A DNA stretch of 64,000 nt from a virus (Duplodnaviria; Heunggongvirae; Uroviricota; Caudoviricetes), in the IMG/VR virus record IMGVR_UViG_3300034072_000647; one strand, written 5' to 3'. The translations under genes and the position numbers were made by a program. Position 1 is the first letter of the stretch, and each line of letters starts with the position of its first letter. Positions 25,962 to 35,557 of the stretch are shown here, one piece after another. Below the pieces are notes generated by a model. The model did not search any database, was not told the DNA's origin, and saw nothing but the letters and a program-made list of their open reading frames with translations.

Positions 25962-26603
25962 TCAGTTCCGAGTCAAGAACTGATTTAACTTACTCTTAGC
26001 TGATACTTCGGCGGTTTCCAAACCATCCCAGTTACCGACCCTACCTACAACCTGACCTTTATCATTAGTCCAAGCAATAGCATTGTCTCTAATAATCATA
26101 CGTGGCGGTTGCCAATCATAATTATCATAGCCAGTTACATTATAGCTACCGACTTCATTCATTCTAGGAAGATGATCTAGTACATCATCCTTTAGAGTTT
26201 GTTTCTGAACTACAGATTCTCTAGCCTTCTGATTCCTTTGAATCATTCCCTGAATAAGCTCTTTCAGTTGCTCACTATTATCTGTGGTTGTTCCAGTGAC
26301 ATAGTTAGTAACTGTAATCACCGGAGTAGTATCATTTGATACCTCAAGCTTCTTTAGTCGATCTTCGACTAATTTAGCATAGCCTTGGATATCATGGTAA
26401 TTATCAGTGTAGTAAGGATCTCCGTTGAGAATCCTTGCAATCTTATCAGAGATAACAACTAGACACTGACGAATGTCATAATCTAAAGTATCCCAGTTAC
26501 GTCCCTTACGGTAAACTTCCTGAATACCCTGTGCAATCTCTGCGTGGTCAATAAATTGGCCGTAACGTGCTCCACGCTCGGCCAGAGTGTTTTCTACTGT
26601 CAA
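25962..26603 (-). CDS. Hypothetical protein (213 aa)
   Basis: ORF. Confidence 0.55.
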   Translation of the reverse strand: MTVENTLAERGARYGQFIDHAEIAQGIQEVYRKGRNWDTLDYDIRQCLVVISDKIARILNGDPYYTDNYHDIQGYAKLVEDRLKKLEVSNDTTPVITVTNYVTGTTTDNSEQLKELIQGMIQRNQKARESVVQKQTLKDDVLDHLPRMNEVGSYNVTGYDNYDWQPPRMIIRDNAIAWTNDKGQVVGRVGNWDGLETAEVSAKSKLNQFLTRN

Positions 26604-26717
26604 GTTATAGGCTCCATCTTTCTAGGTGGTGTCATTAATTCTGCCGGTATCGGCTGTATCTTAACTGTTGGGTCTGGTAGCGTGACTTTCGGTCCGCACG
26701 CAGCTAGAGCCAACAGA

Positions 26718-27248
26718 CTACTTATTACCAGTAATCTTAGCAATTTCGGCCTCCCTCTCAGTTATGAGACTCTGCAAAGCTTCTAATTGGTTAGCATTTG
26801 CTAAACACTGAGCGTTATTCTTTGCGATTCTTTCAAGTGCATACCTGTCACTAAACGCGGAAGGATTTGAGTTACCTGCATCCTGAGGTTCGGCGCCAAC
26901 AACGGAAGCGTTATAAGTATTAATCCATCCCTGACTCAATTTATATTGCTCAGGAACGACCGTCTTAATAACCTCAACCGTTTTAGTCTGCACTCTATCT
27001 ATATATTCTACATCTTTCACATATTTGGTGATATACTTAATATCTACCTTCGATGTGGCAGCGTCTAATTTAGATTTTAATTCTGTTTTTTCTTTCTCGT
27101 ATTGTATAATAGCAAAACGAGACTCATTAAATCCCTTATTGTACGACACGAAAGCCGTAGCCGCTAACAATGCAGCTAGCGTGACCAGGATAGTTCCTAG
27201 CCACGCTATCTTTAGCTTGTTAGGTAGCAGTTTAAATGCTGCCCACAT
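26718..27248 (-). CDS. Membrane-anchored coiled-coil protein
   Basis: N-terminal TM segment followed by a coiled coil. Confidence 0.5.
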   Translation of the reverse strand: MWAAFKLLPNKLKIAWLGTILVTLAALLAATAFVSYNKGFNESRFAIIQYEKEKTELKSKLDAATSKVDIKYITKYVKDVEYIDRVQTKTVEVIKTVVPEQYKLSQGWINTYNASVVGAEPQDAGNSNPSAFSDRYALERIAKNNAQCLANANQLEALQSLITEREAEIAKITGNK

Positions 27249-27257
27249 CTGTGCTCC

Positions 27258-27599
27258 TTATTTGTGGTCCTCACACGTAGTCCTGAACCATCCTTGCTTG
27301 TTGCCCATACTGGCAAGCTTACCGCAGTCCTCGCAATAGTAGCCAGATAGATCCTCTATAAAAGCTTCTAGAATAGAGCTAAGTTCGTTTCCGCCTTGGG
27401 TATATATACGTAGAGTACCGAACTTCTCTTTTACCTGAGAGATAGAAACCGGAGGCATATCACCTTTGGAAACCTGATAGTCAATATTCCTAGCGTATCG
27501 CTCTAGAAGAGGACGCCAGCCGGGACCCACACTATCTACCCACTGCTCCATTTCTTCGGAAAGAGTAGGAACAATTACAACTTTGGGATCAACCCACAT
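27258..27599 (-). CDS. Hypothetical protein with C-terminal CxxC pair
   Basis: ORF. Confidence 0.5.
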   Translation of the reverse strand: MWVDPKVVIVPTLSEEMEQWVDSVGPGWRPLLERYARNIDYQVSKGDMPPVSISQVKEKFGTLRIYTQGGNELSSILEAFIEDLSGYYCEDCGKLASMGNKQGWFRTTCEDHK

Positions 27600-27697
27600 A
27601 TGAACCTCTTACTTAAAAAATCAACCAACAAAGCGCCAATCCTAGACAGATCAGTGCGAGGAATACCCATGGATCTGGCTCTATAGGCCATTCGTTT

Positions 27698-27901
27698 TCA
27701 TACACGATTAGCTCTCCTTTGTGCCAGAAATTCATCTAGCTTACATGCGGCCAGAAACTCAATCCTATTAGCAGCCTCTCGCAGCATTCGTGCATTAGCA
27801 GCGCCCATATATACCGCTCGCGGATCTGGATCGCTCTTATACATAGACTCCTCTACATCTGCCAAAACTCGCAATTCAAATATAAGATTAGCGTCATCCA
27901 T
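27698..27901 (-). CDS. Hypothetical protein (67 aa)
   Basis: ORF. Confidence 0.45.
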   Translation of the reverse strand: MDDANLIFELRVLADVEESMYKSDPDPRAVYMGAANARMLREAANRIEFLAACKLDEFLAQRRANRV

Positions 27902-28429
27902 AGAGTATCTCCTAAATTCTGTGGCCCGTTGGGTAACAAGGTGGGCCAGACCCCGGTCACTTATGCGGCGAGACGAATCTCGTCGAAAGCGACAACGTCA
28001 TTGTCGTTTGCGTTTACTTTTTGTGGCCAGTTTAAGTTTAGCCAGACTATAGCCTAACGTGCTTTTTTCACGCCGAATCGATCTCAGTTCTGCCCCATCA
28101 ATATTCTAGTAAAACTTCTAAGCTACACTGACCCATGCCAACGTCCTTAGACCATAGGAATCTCTCGTTTTGCAATCGAGCGCTTTGTTTTTCTGTTACC
28201 GCAGAATGGTCATTCGTCTTGTCGGGAGAGTAGTGCCTCGGTAAAAGCAGGGAGTCCCTATACTAGAATAATGGTGGAGCAGGTGGGAGTCAAACCCACG
28301 TCTTCAGCTGCTATTAAGTCGCTTCAAGCGGCTATTTAGTTAGATAAGTATAATGTTACCACGCAGGGTAGAGAACAATATACTTATCAATCTCGTTATG
28401 TCTCAATATACTAAATTTGAGCCGTCAAG

Positions 28430-28693
28430 TCAAGAACTTTTTTCCGAACGCTTCCGCTTTTCGTCTTCTTGAGGCGTATCCCCGAAATTGGGATGATTCA
28501 CTGACAGATTAGCCATGATATACTCATTAGTACGATAAAGGTCTCGATTATGAGCGTTAAGAATCTTCTTAGCCTCCATCTTCACCTTATGAGCATCGCG
28601 CAGCATTTCTTTCGTTACGCCCTTACCAGGACGCTTACAGGGCTTCTTATCGATCATTCTTTTCTCCAAAGGTTTCTTCACCCCGCTCCGCAC
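28430..28693 (-). CDS. Hypothetical basic protein (87 aa)
   Basis: ORF. Confidence 0.45.
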   Translation of the reverse strand: MRSGVKKPLEKRMIDKKPCKRPGKGVTKEMLRDAHKVKMEAKKILNAHNRDLYRTNEYIMANLSVNHPNFGDTPQEDEKRKRSEKSS

Positions 28694-29225
28694 GAGTGAA
28701 CTTTTCCATGCTAGCCAGTGCGTCCGCGAAGCTACTGGTATCTCCGTTGTTGTAGGCGTCTACCAGATCAGCGATCAGCCCACGAGTACCGCCATTTTCA
28801 GCAGTCTTGCGAGAAAACTGCGTTCGCAGATTAATCACGTTATCGCTGGTCTCGATTGCCTTTTCGCGCTCTTCCTCGCCCATATCGCGCATCACCTTAG
28901 CCGCATTTTTCAGCTTGGTAGGCGGCGAAATCTTCTTAGCACGAAGAACAAGCTCATGAACGCCGGAAGACGTCTCCATTCGATTAGTTTGACGGTTCAG
29001 CTTATCTTCAATGCCATATTCGTCGTAATAATTGCGGAAGTCAACTACAAACTTCATGAGATCGTCATACGTGGGTTCAGACATCAATAAAATCCTTGAA
29101 CTGTTGAATATATTCTTCCTTGGAAAACCGCAGCGGGAATCGCTTAGGGTCTTCTCGACTACACTCGCGATTGAACTTATCAAACAAACGAATTTGCTCT
29201 CTAATCCATGTTGTAAACTCTTCAA
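28647..29225 (-). CDS. Hypothetical protein (192 aa)
   Basis: ORF. Confidence 0.5.
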   Translation of the reverse strand: MKSLQHGLESKFVCLISSIASVVEKTLSDSRCGFPRKNIFNSSRILLMSEPTYDDLMKFVVDFRNYYDEYGIEDKLNRQTNRMETSSGVHELVLRAKKISPPTKLKNAAKVMRDMGEEEREKAIETSDNVINLRTQFSRKTAENGGTRGLIADLVDAYNNGDTSSFADALASMEKFTRAERGEETFGEKNDR

Positions 29226-29341
29226 GCCTCACGCTTTGTCTCCCTTTGTTGCACCCATTATATCCAAGATAAGGACCAGAGTCAACTCTGGATTAAGCAA
29301 CTGGTTAATAATATACCACCGACTAACTTATAAAATAGTTC

Positions 29342-29370
29342 TTGACTTGAAAGCTAAATATTGTTATACT
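29342..29370 (+). promoter_or_regulatory. Plus-strand consensus promoter TTGACT-N17-TATACT; leaderless start 7 nt downstream
   Basis: TTGACTtgaaagctaaatattgtTATACTtgcagcATG. Confidence 0.55.
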
Positions 29371-29376
29371 TGCAGC

Positions 29377-29544
29377 ATGAAGTATAAAAAGGCCCCTTGG
29401 AGTAGGGAAGAAAGATTTATACTAAAGAAGCATTATGGACGAGTCCCTAACTCAGAACTTCTTATACTTCTACCAAATAGAAGCTTATCCAGCATCTATT
29501 CACAGGTTAATTATTTAAGAAAACGAGGATGGACTTTTGGATGA
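29377..29544 (+). CDS. Small Myb/SANT-like protein (55 aa), leaderless
   Basis: The sequence WSREERFILKKHYGRVPNSELLILLP resembles the N-terminal repeats of the 301 aa protein at 60004-60909. Its ATG lies 7 nt after the -10 of a consensus plus-strand promoter. Confidence 0.5.
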   Translation: MKYKKAPWSREERFILKKHYGRVPNSELLILLPNRSLSSIYSQVNYLRKRGWTFG

Positions 29545-29732
29545 GTAATGTTATTCCACTCTTTAAAGATAAATACGAGCCGGTTGTCGGCACAGGTAAG
29601 CTCCAAGACATTATGAGGGCTTATACTGAATTTGCCGAAAGGCAGGGGGTGGATATTCAAAGCCCTAAATTTTTGTACCATTGCTCCACAATCATGACAC
29701 TTATGCAAATAGAGGTAGCTAATGGAGCTTAA
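29541..29732 (+). CDS. Hypothetical protein (63 aa)
   Basis: ATGA overlap with the upstream gene. Its stop lies inside the dut start region. Confidence 0.45.
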   Translation: MSNVIPLFKDKYEPVVGTGKLQDIMRAYTEFAERQGVDIQSPKFLYHCSTIMTLMQIEVANGA

Positions 29733-30177
29733 ATTTAAGAGGTTAGAAAACGGTGAGGGATTGCCCTTACCTAGATATGCTACGGCTGGTGCGGCTGCCA
29801 TGGATATTTGTGCAGCGGAAGATGCAGATATCTGGCCGGGTACTACAAAAATGATTAAGACGGGATTCGCCGTAGCTATTCCCGAGGGTTATGAGGTACA
29901 GGTCAGACCTAGGTCTGGTTTGGCTGCGAAGAATAATATTACCGTAGCTAATACGCCTGGGACTATTGACAGCGATTACCGCGGAGAGATTTGCGTGTTG
30001 CTGCATAACCTTAGCAATACGGGAGCTGCCGCTCCTAGAGCCTTTGAAGTAAACAGAGGCGATAGAATTGCTCAGCTAGTGCTGGCACCTGTGACGCAGG
30101 CCAATGTCATTGAGGTCGATGAACTCGACGAAACGGAACGAGGAGCCGGCGGTTTCGGCTCTACTGGAAGGAATTAA
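29722..30177 (+). CDS. dut: dUTP diphosphatase
   Basis: Contains the dUTPase motifs AGAAAMD, RSGLA and [10 protein letters not shown]. Confidence 0.9.
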   Translation: MELKFKRLENGEGLPLPRYATAGAAAMDICAAEDADIWPGTTKMIKTGFAVAIPEGYEVQVRPRSGLAAKNNITVANTPGTIDSDYRGEICVLLHNLSNTGAAAPRAFEVNRGDRIAQLVLAPVTQANVIEVDELDETERGAGGFGSTGRN

Positions 30178-30179
30178 GT

Positions 30180-30377
30180 TTGAAAGTTGAAGTAAGGAAT
30201 AACAATGTCGATCGCGCTATTCGAGTGCTCAAGCGAAAGCTGACAGACGAGGGTCTGTTTCAGGAGCTACAGAAGAGGCGATTCTACGAGAAGCCTAGCG
30301 ATCGTAAGCGCCGTCTGAAGCGCGCTGCCGTAGCGAGGTCTCGTAAGGCACAGCGACTTCAGCAAGAGGTTCAGTAA
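30180..30377 (+). CDS. rpsU: Ribosomal protein S21 homolog
   Basis: MKVEVRNNNVDRAIRVLKRK...RFYEKPSDRKRRLKRAAVARSRKAQR aligns with bacterial S21 (FYEKP...R.K... pattern). Followed by an intrinsic terminator. Confidence 0.75.
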   Translation: MKVEVRNNNVDRAIRVLKRKLTDEGLFQELQKRRFYEKPSDRKRRLKRAAVARSRKAQRLQQEVQ

Positions 30378-30380
30378 GAT

Positions 30381-30408
30381 AAAGCCCCTTCGGGGGCTTT
30401 ATTTTTGT
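30381..30408 (+). terminator. Intrinsic terminator after the rpsU homolog
   Basis: AAAGCCCC-ttcg-GGGGCTTT followed by ATTTTTGT. Confidence 0.7.
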
Positions 30409-30463
30409 GCCTATGAAATAAGGAGTAAATTTTGGGTTAAGTCAGAGTACACCCCATTAAGTT

Positions 30464-30805
30464 ATGATAGATCTACCACCGCAGCAAGTAGTGTGTGTTG
30501 CTCAAGCTATATGGCATGAGGCCAGAGGCGAGAGCGAACTAGGACAGAGAGCGGTTGGCCACGTTATTATCAATAGAAGCAAAAAGCAGAAGAAACCACC
30601 TTGCTCGATAATTAGACAACCTGGTCAATTTAGTTTCAAGTTTAAAACCAGGTACTCTGGTAAGGCTTGGAACAAAGCTTGGCAGATAGCTAACTATTTA
30701 GGAAGGGATCCTACTGGAGGAGCCCTTTACTTTAAGTCTAATAACAATATTAGATGGAAGTATAAGCTAACAACAGTAATCGGTAATCATGCCTTTTACA
30801 AATAA
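30464..30805 (+). CDS. SleB/CwlJ-like cell wall hydrolase (candidate endolysin)
   Basis: AIWHEARGESELGQRAVGHVIINR is typical of the Hydrolase_2 (SleB) domain. Confidence 0.7.
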   Translation: MIDLPPQQVVCVAQAIWHEARGESELGQRAVGHVIINRSKKQKKPPCSIIRQPGQFSFKFKTRYSGKAWNKAWQIANYLGRDPTGGALYFKSNNNIRWKYKLTTVIGNHAFYK

Positions 30806-30846
30806 AATAAGCCCGCCGGAGTATTTCCAGCGGGCTTTTATTTTAT
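30806..30846. terminator. Bidirectional intrinsic terminator between convergent genes
   Basis: AAGCCCGC...GCGGGCTT flanked by an A-run and a T-run. Confidence 0.65.
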
Positions 30847-31076
30847 CTATCATACCAGTTACTGGTATTTGGTCGTATTTCATAGCAATTGATAGTTGCA
30901 CTGCATACAGGGCAAGTTACCATTAAGGATTCTCTATCGCGCTGATCGTAAGCGGGCTTGATCCTGCCATCTGACTGCTTGCACTTGATTTTAGTTTTGC
31001 ACGTATAACAAGTGCCTTCATAATCCGTATCTTTGGGGTGTTTACCCCTATGTACTATTTCAATCGCCATCATCAA
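30843..31076 (-). CDS. Small zinc-ribbon protein
   Basis: Contains CYTCKTKIKC...CPVCSATINC. Confidence 0.5.
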   Translation of the reverse strand: MMMAIEIVHRGKHPKDTDYEGTCYTCKTKIKCKQSDGRIKPAYDQRDRESLMVTCPVCSATINCYEIRPNTSNWYDR

Positions 31077-31298
31077 TCTCCGGTAACTCTAATGTGATAC
31101 CTCCGACTCCTTCAATACGCATAACGTCTCCTTTCATAACATGAAAAATATCTACCCACGCCTTGAGCTGACAGTATTCCTCGAACTCGAAGACGGAACC
31201 GTCTGAAAGATACATCTTTATCATAGAGACGCAGTATACACGAAAATAGGGTCCGTGTCAAGAACGAAAAAAGGCGAGTCCGAAGACTCGCCTTTCTT

Positions 31299-31598
31299 TT
31301 ACATGAACTGATGAACAATCCAAGCGATACCGAGAATGATAAACGGCCCAATATAAGCCAGAACAACCTTGTCCCAATCAGTAGGACGATCGTCTTGCTT
31401 GTAGTCTGTCTGTCGGGCCATGACTCCGACGACCATAGCTACACCAACACTCCAGGCAATGCCAATAGCTGGAAGCCCAAAAGGCACCATAAACCACAGC
31501 CACATTACCGAAAGTACCCAGCCCTTAATCAGGAACTCAAGGAACGCTAGAGCAATAAGCCCTAGCACTCCTGCGACACCTAGCGTAAAGGTCTTCAT
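31299..31598 (-). CDS. Membrane protein (3 TM)
   Basis: Hydrophobic ORF. Confidence 0.5.
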   Translation of the reverse strand: MKTFTLGVAGVLGLIALAFLEFLIKGWVLSVMWLWFMVPFGLPAIGIAWSVGVAMVVGVMARQTDYKQDDRPTDWDKVVLAYIGPFIILGIAWIVHQFM

Positions 31599-32401
31599 TA
31601 CTTGCTACCGTTCAGAGGTACATTGATGAAGGGAACACCTGCACCGTTTCCGCCCATCACAGTGCTAGGAACATCACCATTCCAGGTCTTGATGGCCAGC
31701 TCCTGAACTTCAAGTTCACGAAGACGCATCGCCAAAGGATTGCTCGCCGCCGCAGCCTTAGCCTGCATAGCCTTAGCCTCACCTTCTGCACTGATAACAG
31801 CCTGGTTAGCCTCTTCCTGGATCTTCACAGTGTTGTTCTTAGCCGCAATACCCTTCTGGACGGCAATTTCCTTCGCCTCAACCGCATCCATGAACGCTTC
31901 GGAGAACGAAGTTCCCGTAAGGCTGTATTCATCCAGCCGGATACCCTTAGCAAGCAGCTGCTTGGTCAGTTCGTTCTGAATGTTGGCTTCAACGATGGAA
32001 CGCTTTGCGATGATATCTACAGCGCGCCAACGACCGATTTCGTTCTTTTGCACGCTATAAAGCAGCTGAGGAACTACGCGGTCCTTCCATTCCGTATTGT
32101 AGGCACGGTATACCTTGGCGGCCTGTCCTGGGATCAGACTAACCGTAGCTACGGACTCCACGGTGATCTGCTGAATGTCAGCAGTTGGAGTAGTCAGCTT
32201 ACTGTCCATCTTCTGACCGGTGGTATCCATAACGAGAATATCCGTCGACCACGGCTCATACCACTGGAAGCCCTTGATCGGGGTATCTTCGACTTCACCG
32301 TAAACCTTACGGAGGCCAACAGTGCCGTCGTCAATCTGAGTACAGGCACCCAGCGACATGGCCGAGGCAGCGAGGAGGGCGGCGGCAAAAATCTTCTTCA
32401 C
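31598..32401 (-). CDS. SPFH/band-7 (prohibitin/HflC-like) lipoprotein
   Basis: Has a signal peptide with an LGAC lipobox. The core is SPFH-like and the C-terminal half is a coiled coil (EANQAVISAEGEAKAMQAKAAAA). Confidence 0.65.
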   Translation of the reverse strand: MKKIFAAALLAASAMSLGACTQIDDGTVGLRKVYGEVEDTPIKGFQWYEPWSTDILVMDTTGQKMDSKLTTPTADIQQITVESVATVSLIPGQAAKVYRAYNTEWKDRVVPQLLYSVQKNEIGRWRAVDIIAKRSIVEANIQNELTKQLLAKGIRLDEYSLTGTSFSEAFMDAVEAKEIAVQKGIAAKNNTVKIQEEANQAVISAEGEAKAMQAKAAAASNPLAMRLRELEVQELAIKTWNGDVPSTVMGGNGAGVPFINVPLNGSK

Positions 32402-32592
32402 TTATTCAATTCCTTCAAAGTTTCAGTAAGTTCACGGAGGTCTGCAATCTTCGCGTCAAGTTCCCGTTTTTCCTTGGCACGAGTCGTAAGGATGTGATCG
32501 TATCCCCACTTCAAAATTAAATATAATGCGTACAGCACGATAGCTACCGCTAGACATGCAAACGTCAGAAGAATTAGCGTTTTAACAAACAC
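32398..32592 (-). CDS. Small membrane protein with coiled-coil tail
   Basis: ORF. Confidence 0.5.
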   Translation of the reverse strand: MFVKTLILLTFACLAVAIVLYALYLILKWGYDHILTTRAKEKRELDAKIADLRELTETLKELNK

Positions 32593-32998
32593 TACTTAGC
32601 CTCCAATTGAGATTGTTAAGCTGGGCGGCAAAATACTCTGCCTTAGCTGCGTCCTTTGGGTTAAGCCTAATCTTGAAAAAGATTTCTTTCTCCTCTTCAG
32701 AGAGCTTATCTAGCTTTAACCACTCTAGAGCAAGCCTGGCTGTCTTTTTACTAAACCCGGCGTCTATGATTAGAAAAGAAATAAGTGCTTTATCACTTAA
32801 AGAAGTTTCGGAGAATGTCGACAACCACGCCTCCCAGCATTTGCTGTTCCATCTTGTATTCGCAGAAGTCTGCGTATAGCCGATCAATATCCTGATCGGT
32901 AAGATGTGTAAAGTCTGCGTAGACTTCGACAATGGCATCCTTATAGTCGTCAGGAGTTGCCCGAAGGCCTTGGCAAGCCTTGAAAACTTCTGCCTCAA
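32582..32998 (-). CDS. Hypothetical protein (frame overlaps 32793-33003; C-terminal half protein-like, no internal ATG)
   Basis: Long ORF in an alternative frame. Only the part downstream of 32793 looks like genuine protein sequence. Confidence 0.3.
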   Translation of the reverse strand: MRQKFSRLAKAFGQLLTTIRMPLSKSTQTLHILPIRILIGYTQTSANTRWNSKCWEAWLSTFSETSLSDKALISFLIIDAGFSKKTARLALEWLKLDKLSEEEKEIFFKIRLNPKDAAKAEYFAAQLNNLNWRLSSVC

Positions 32999-33003
32999 TC
33001 TGC
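32793..33003 (-). CDS. Hypothetical acidic protein
   Basis: ORF downstream of a conserved promoter/leader. The start is uncertain: a TTG sits 6 nt after GGAGA, and an ATG (MQIEAEV) follows. Confidence 0.4.
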
Positions 33004-33080
33004 ATGAATGTGATGGGGTCCAATGTCGTTCTCCGTTCTTGATGACTCATTATAATAAAAATCGGCAAGCAAGTCAACAC

Positions 33081-33362
33081 TCAATGCAAGGTAGGCTCAT
33101 AATTCACAGCTTCTGACAAGAAGTTAATAGGAGCCCAATAATCTCCATACTCATGTACCCAATCCGCAAGCCAGTCGGATACTCTAACCATTTTAGGGCT
33201 AGAAGATTTCAGCTCACTATTAGAGTTGTTACTAATGTACTTCTTGGCATCTGCGTAAGAACGATGGAAGCTAGCTCCGAATTTGGTTCCGGATTTAGTC
33301 CACGGCACTCCGTAGAGCCAATGAGTATTGGGCACAGTATAAGTATGTTCAGATAATTGCAC
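33081..33362 (-). CDS. Hypothetical protein (93 aa)
   Basis: ORF. Confidence 0.5.
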   Translation of the reverse strand: MQLSEHTYTVPNTHWLYGVPWTKSGTKFGASFHRSYADAKKYISNNSNSELKSSSPKMVRVSDWLADWVHEYGDYWAPINFLSEAVNYEPTLH

Positions 33363-33467
33363 TGATAAGTTCCTTTATTCCTATAATAGCCGTGGCTAGA
33401 AGGAGAAAGATGTACATCATCGTTACAAGTGGGAAGGTCGGCTTCCCTGCGTCACGGATAAGTCTAG

Positions 33468-33638
33468 TTACCCTCCGCGCAATCTGGATATTTTCGTACT
33501 CTTCCATGTGACTGTTCGCTTATCTTTCTTCTTTTTACCACATCTGAGACAGACTTTCTGGACGGAGTAGTCAAAACCTTCTAAATATGTATACTCGTCT
33601 CTAAAGTCGTGCCCTTTGATTAAACATTTAAGATTCAT
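33468..33638 (-). CDS. Small zinc-ribbon protein
   Basis: Started at an internal Met. Contains CLRCGKKKK. Confidence 0.4.
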   Translation of the reverse strand: MNLKCLIKGHDFRDEYTYLEGFDYSVQKVCLRCGKKKKDKRTVTWKSTKISRLRGG

Positions 33639-33921
33639 TCGGCACCTTGACCCTATAAAGTGGGTCATCCTTACTTATAAATTCAGAAATAACTACTTCA
33701 ACGCCGGCTTTTTCAAGGAAGATTTGCTCTTCGGCTTCTTCCTGACTGAAGTAGACCTCTAGTGGTTGATCGGCATCCAAACACATCCAACCCAGCAGCG
33801 TTACCTTTCGCTGGGGGATGAATACTACCGCTTTTTCTGAAATATTATACTTGCGACCCCTGGGGAGATTGTCCCACTCGGCTTTAGTAATCCTACGCCT
33901 AATAACTCTGTATCTGGCCAT
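33628..33921 (-). CDS. Hypothetical protein
   Basis: Started at an internal Met after the conserved leader. Confidence 0.5.
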   Translation of the reverse strand: MARYRVIRRRITKAEWDNLPRGRKYNISEKAVVFIPQRKVTLLGWMCLDADQPLEVYFSQEEAEEQIFLEKAGVEVVISEFISKDDPLYRVKVPNES

Positions 33922-34801
33922 AAAATCTCCTATTGATGACTCATTATACGCCAACTAAACATGTGAGTCAACACGTAACTTTGGAAGTGCTTGAAATGCG
34001 GTGGTCGGCGCACAGCAAAATGGGCAGCAACCCGAAAGTTGCTGCCCATGCCCCGGCAAATTCGTATTACGGGTTGATCCGGCCTGAACTTCTGCGCTTC
34101 AGGTCTTTAGGTGGGTTAATTACTCCGCTTGTTACCTCCTCAGATATTTCCCGCGAGGACGGGCCGGTTCTCCGGTATAAGGCAGTTTTAACTTCTGCCA
34201 AAGTAGACACATTTTGAGGACCAAGGAGACTTATGACGTAATCTCAGCTATCTCAAGGCTGCACCATGCCTAAACTGAACGTGAGGTCGCTCACCACCTG
34301 CTCCTCACCAACCGCATAGCCGGCCTTGACCCGCGGTTCCCGTCTAATTGTCGTCTGCGGCCGCGAACCGGACCACAAAATCCTACTAAGCCGCTAAGCC
34401 TAGATTTACCGTTAGTCTCTTACATGAACTTGTTCGGCAATCCTTAATGGTACGTGAAGTGTCTCGACCACGCACATCCGCTTTGTTCTACACAACAAAG
34501 ACCGTCTCTCTTTAGGCTAGAGCCGCCTATCAGGGTTAACTACCCCAATATGAATCAGGAGTTGAGGTCGTCTTCGATTACACCGCGTACGTCGGAAACC
34601 TCTTTCATCGTCGGGTCGTTGATCTCCTGAACTGTTAAACCGAGCCGGAGGTTAGTCCGGGGAATTCTTTGACTGGTCACAGGCAATTTTTCCTAGGATG
34701 CCAGCAATCGCAGTAGTAACAAGTTTGCTCCACGATTTAGCCCAGCTTGTAGCGGAGATCAACCCGCGTCTGGATTAAGGAGCCTCTATCTTACTTTCCA
34801 C

Positions 34802-34871
34802 TTCTCGGAACTCTGGTGGTGCGTTAGGGAATCGAACCCGACATGATATGAAGCCTATAGAACTTCCATGC
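34802..34871 (-). tRNA. Degenerate tRNA-like element (T-arm GGGTTCGATTCCC, CCA end, truncated anticodon region)
   Basis: Lies inside a 1.9 kb ORF-free island. Confidence 0.3.
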
Positions 34872-35083
34872 TATCTACAAACCTTTTACTCTCCTAACAT
34901 CACTTCTAGACAGAAAGGCCTTCCCGTTCTAGGTTACTGATAGTCAAGCGATAGTCGCACCAAAATCATATTATATAGAGTCAGGCTGGTCAGCATTGCC
35001 AGCGAAATACTCTAATTCTCGGAGCTGTTCGAGGAGTCGTTTTTAACGCCCGGTTAAACTACTGAATCTATATAATATGCGCG

Positions 35084-35152
35084 TTTGCAGGCTGGGACTC
35101 GAACCCAGACTCCCGATCATAGGCCGGGGTGCTGCCGTTACACTACCTGCGT
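35084..35152 (-). tRNA. tRNA-like element (anticodon hairpin CCCGG-CCTATGA-TCGGG; no CCA)
   Basis: T-arm CTGGGTTCGAGTCCCAG and a D-arm-like GTG..CAC. Confidence 0.3.
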
Positions 35153-35484
35153 CCCTCGCGAAGGGTTGACCGAGCATTTAAGCGCTACTACTCGATCGAA
35201 CAGATACAGACGCTTAGCGACTGTGCTGCATGTACGGGTTCTTCGCAAGAGTCCCGTTCTCTTGACAGATTGCGTTTAACGTGCCATCTGCAAACCACAT
35301 TGCTAGCTTAACGGGGACTCGAACCCTCTTACTTAACGTAACCAACCCTGGCAGCTAGACTTCCTCATTCTATATCCGAGAGGCACAGACCCTGGGTTTC
35401 ATCCCATTAATATCAGTCTTCGGGAGAGTTAATTACCACTCACAACTAAGCAACACCAAATGTTAAGTGCCTGTTGCCACACTT

Positions 35485-35557
35485 TTCTTGATGTAGGAAT
35501 CCAACCTACCTTTATTCCGGTTTAAATCCGGATTGACTCGCAGAATCATAATCAAGA
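35485..35557 (-). tRNA. tRNA-like element with anticodon loop ATTTAAA (UUA, ochre-suppressor-like); T-loop TTGGATT
   Basis: Perfect hairpin TCCGG-ATTTAAA-CCGGA. Acceptor TCTTGAT/ATCAAGA. D-stem GATT/AATC. The T-loop deviates (G56). Confidence 0.3.

Noticed and set aside
35085-35311. Two overlapping plus-strand ORFs of 60-64 aa in the ORF-free island
   Set aside because: R/C-rich, no SD, and they overlap tRNA-like elements on the other strand.
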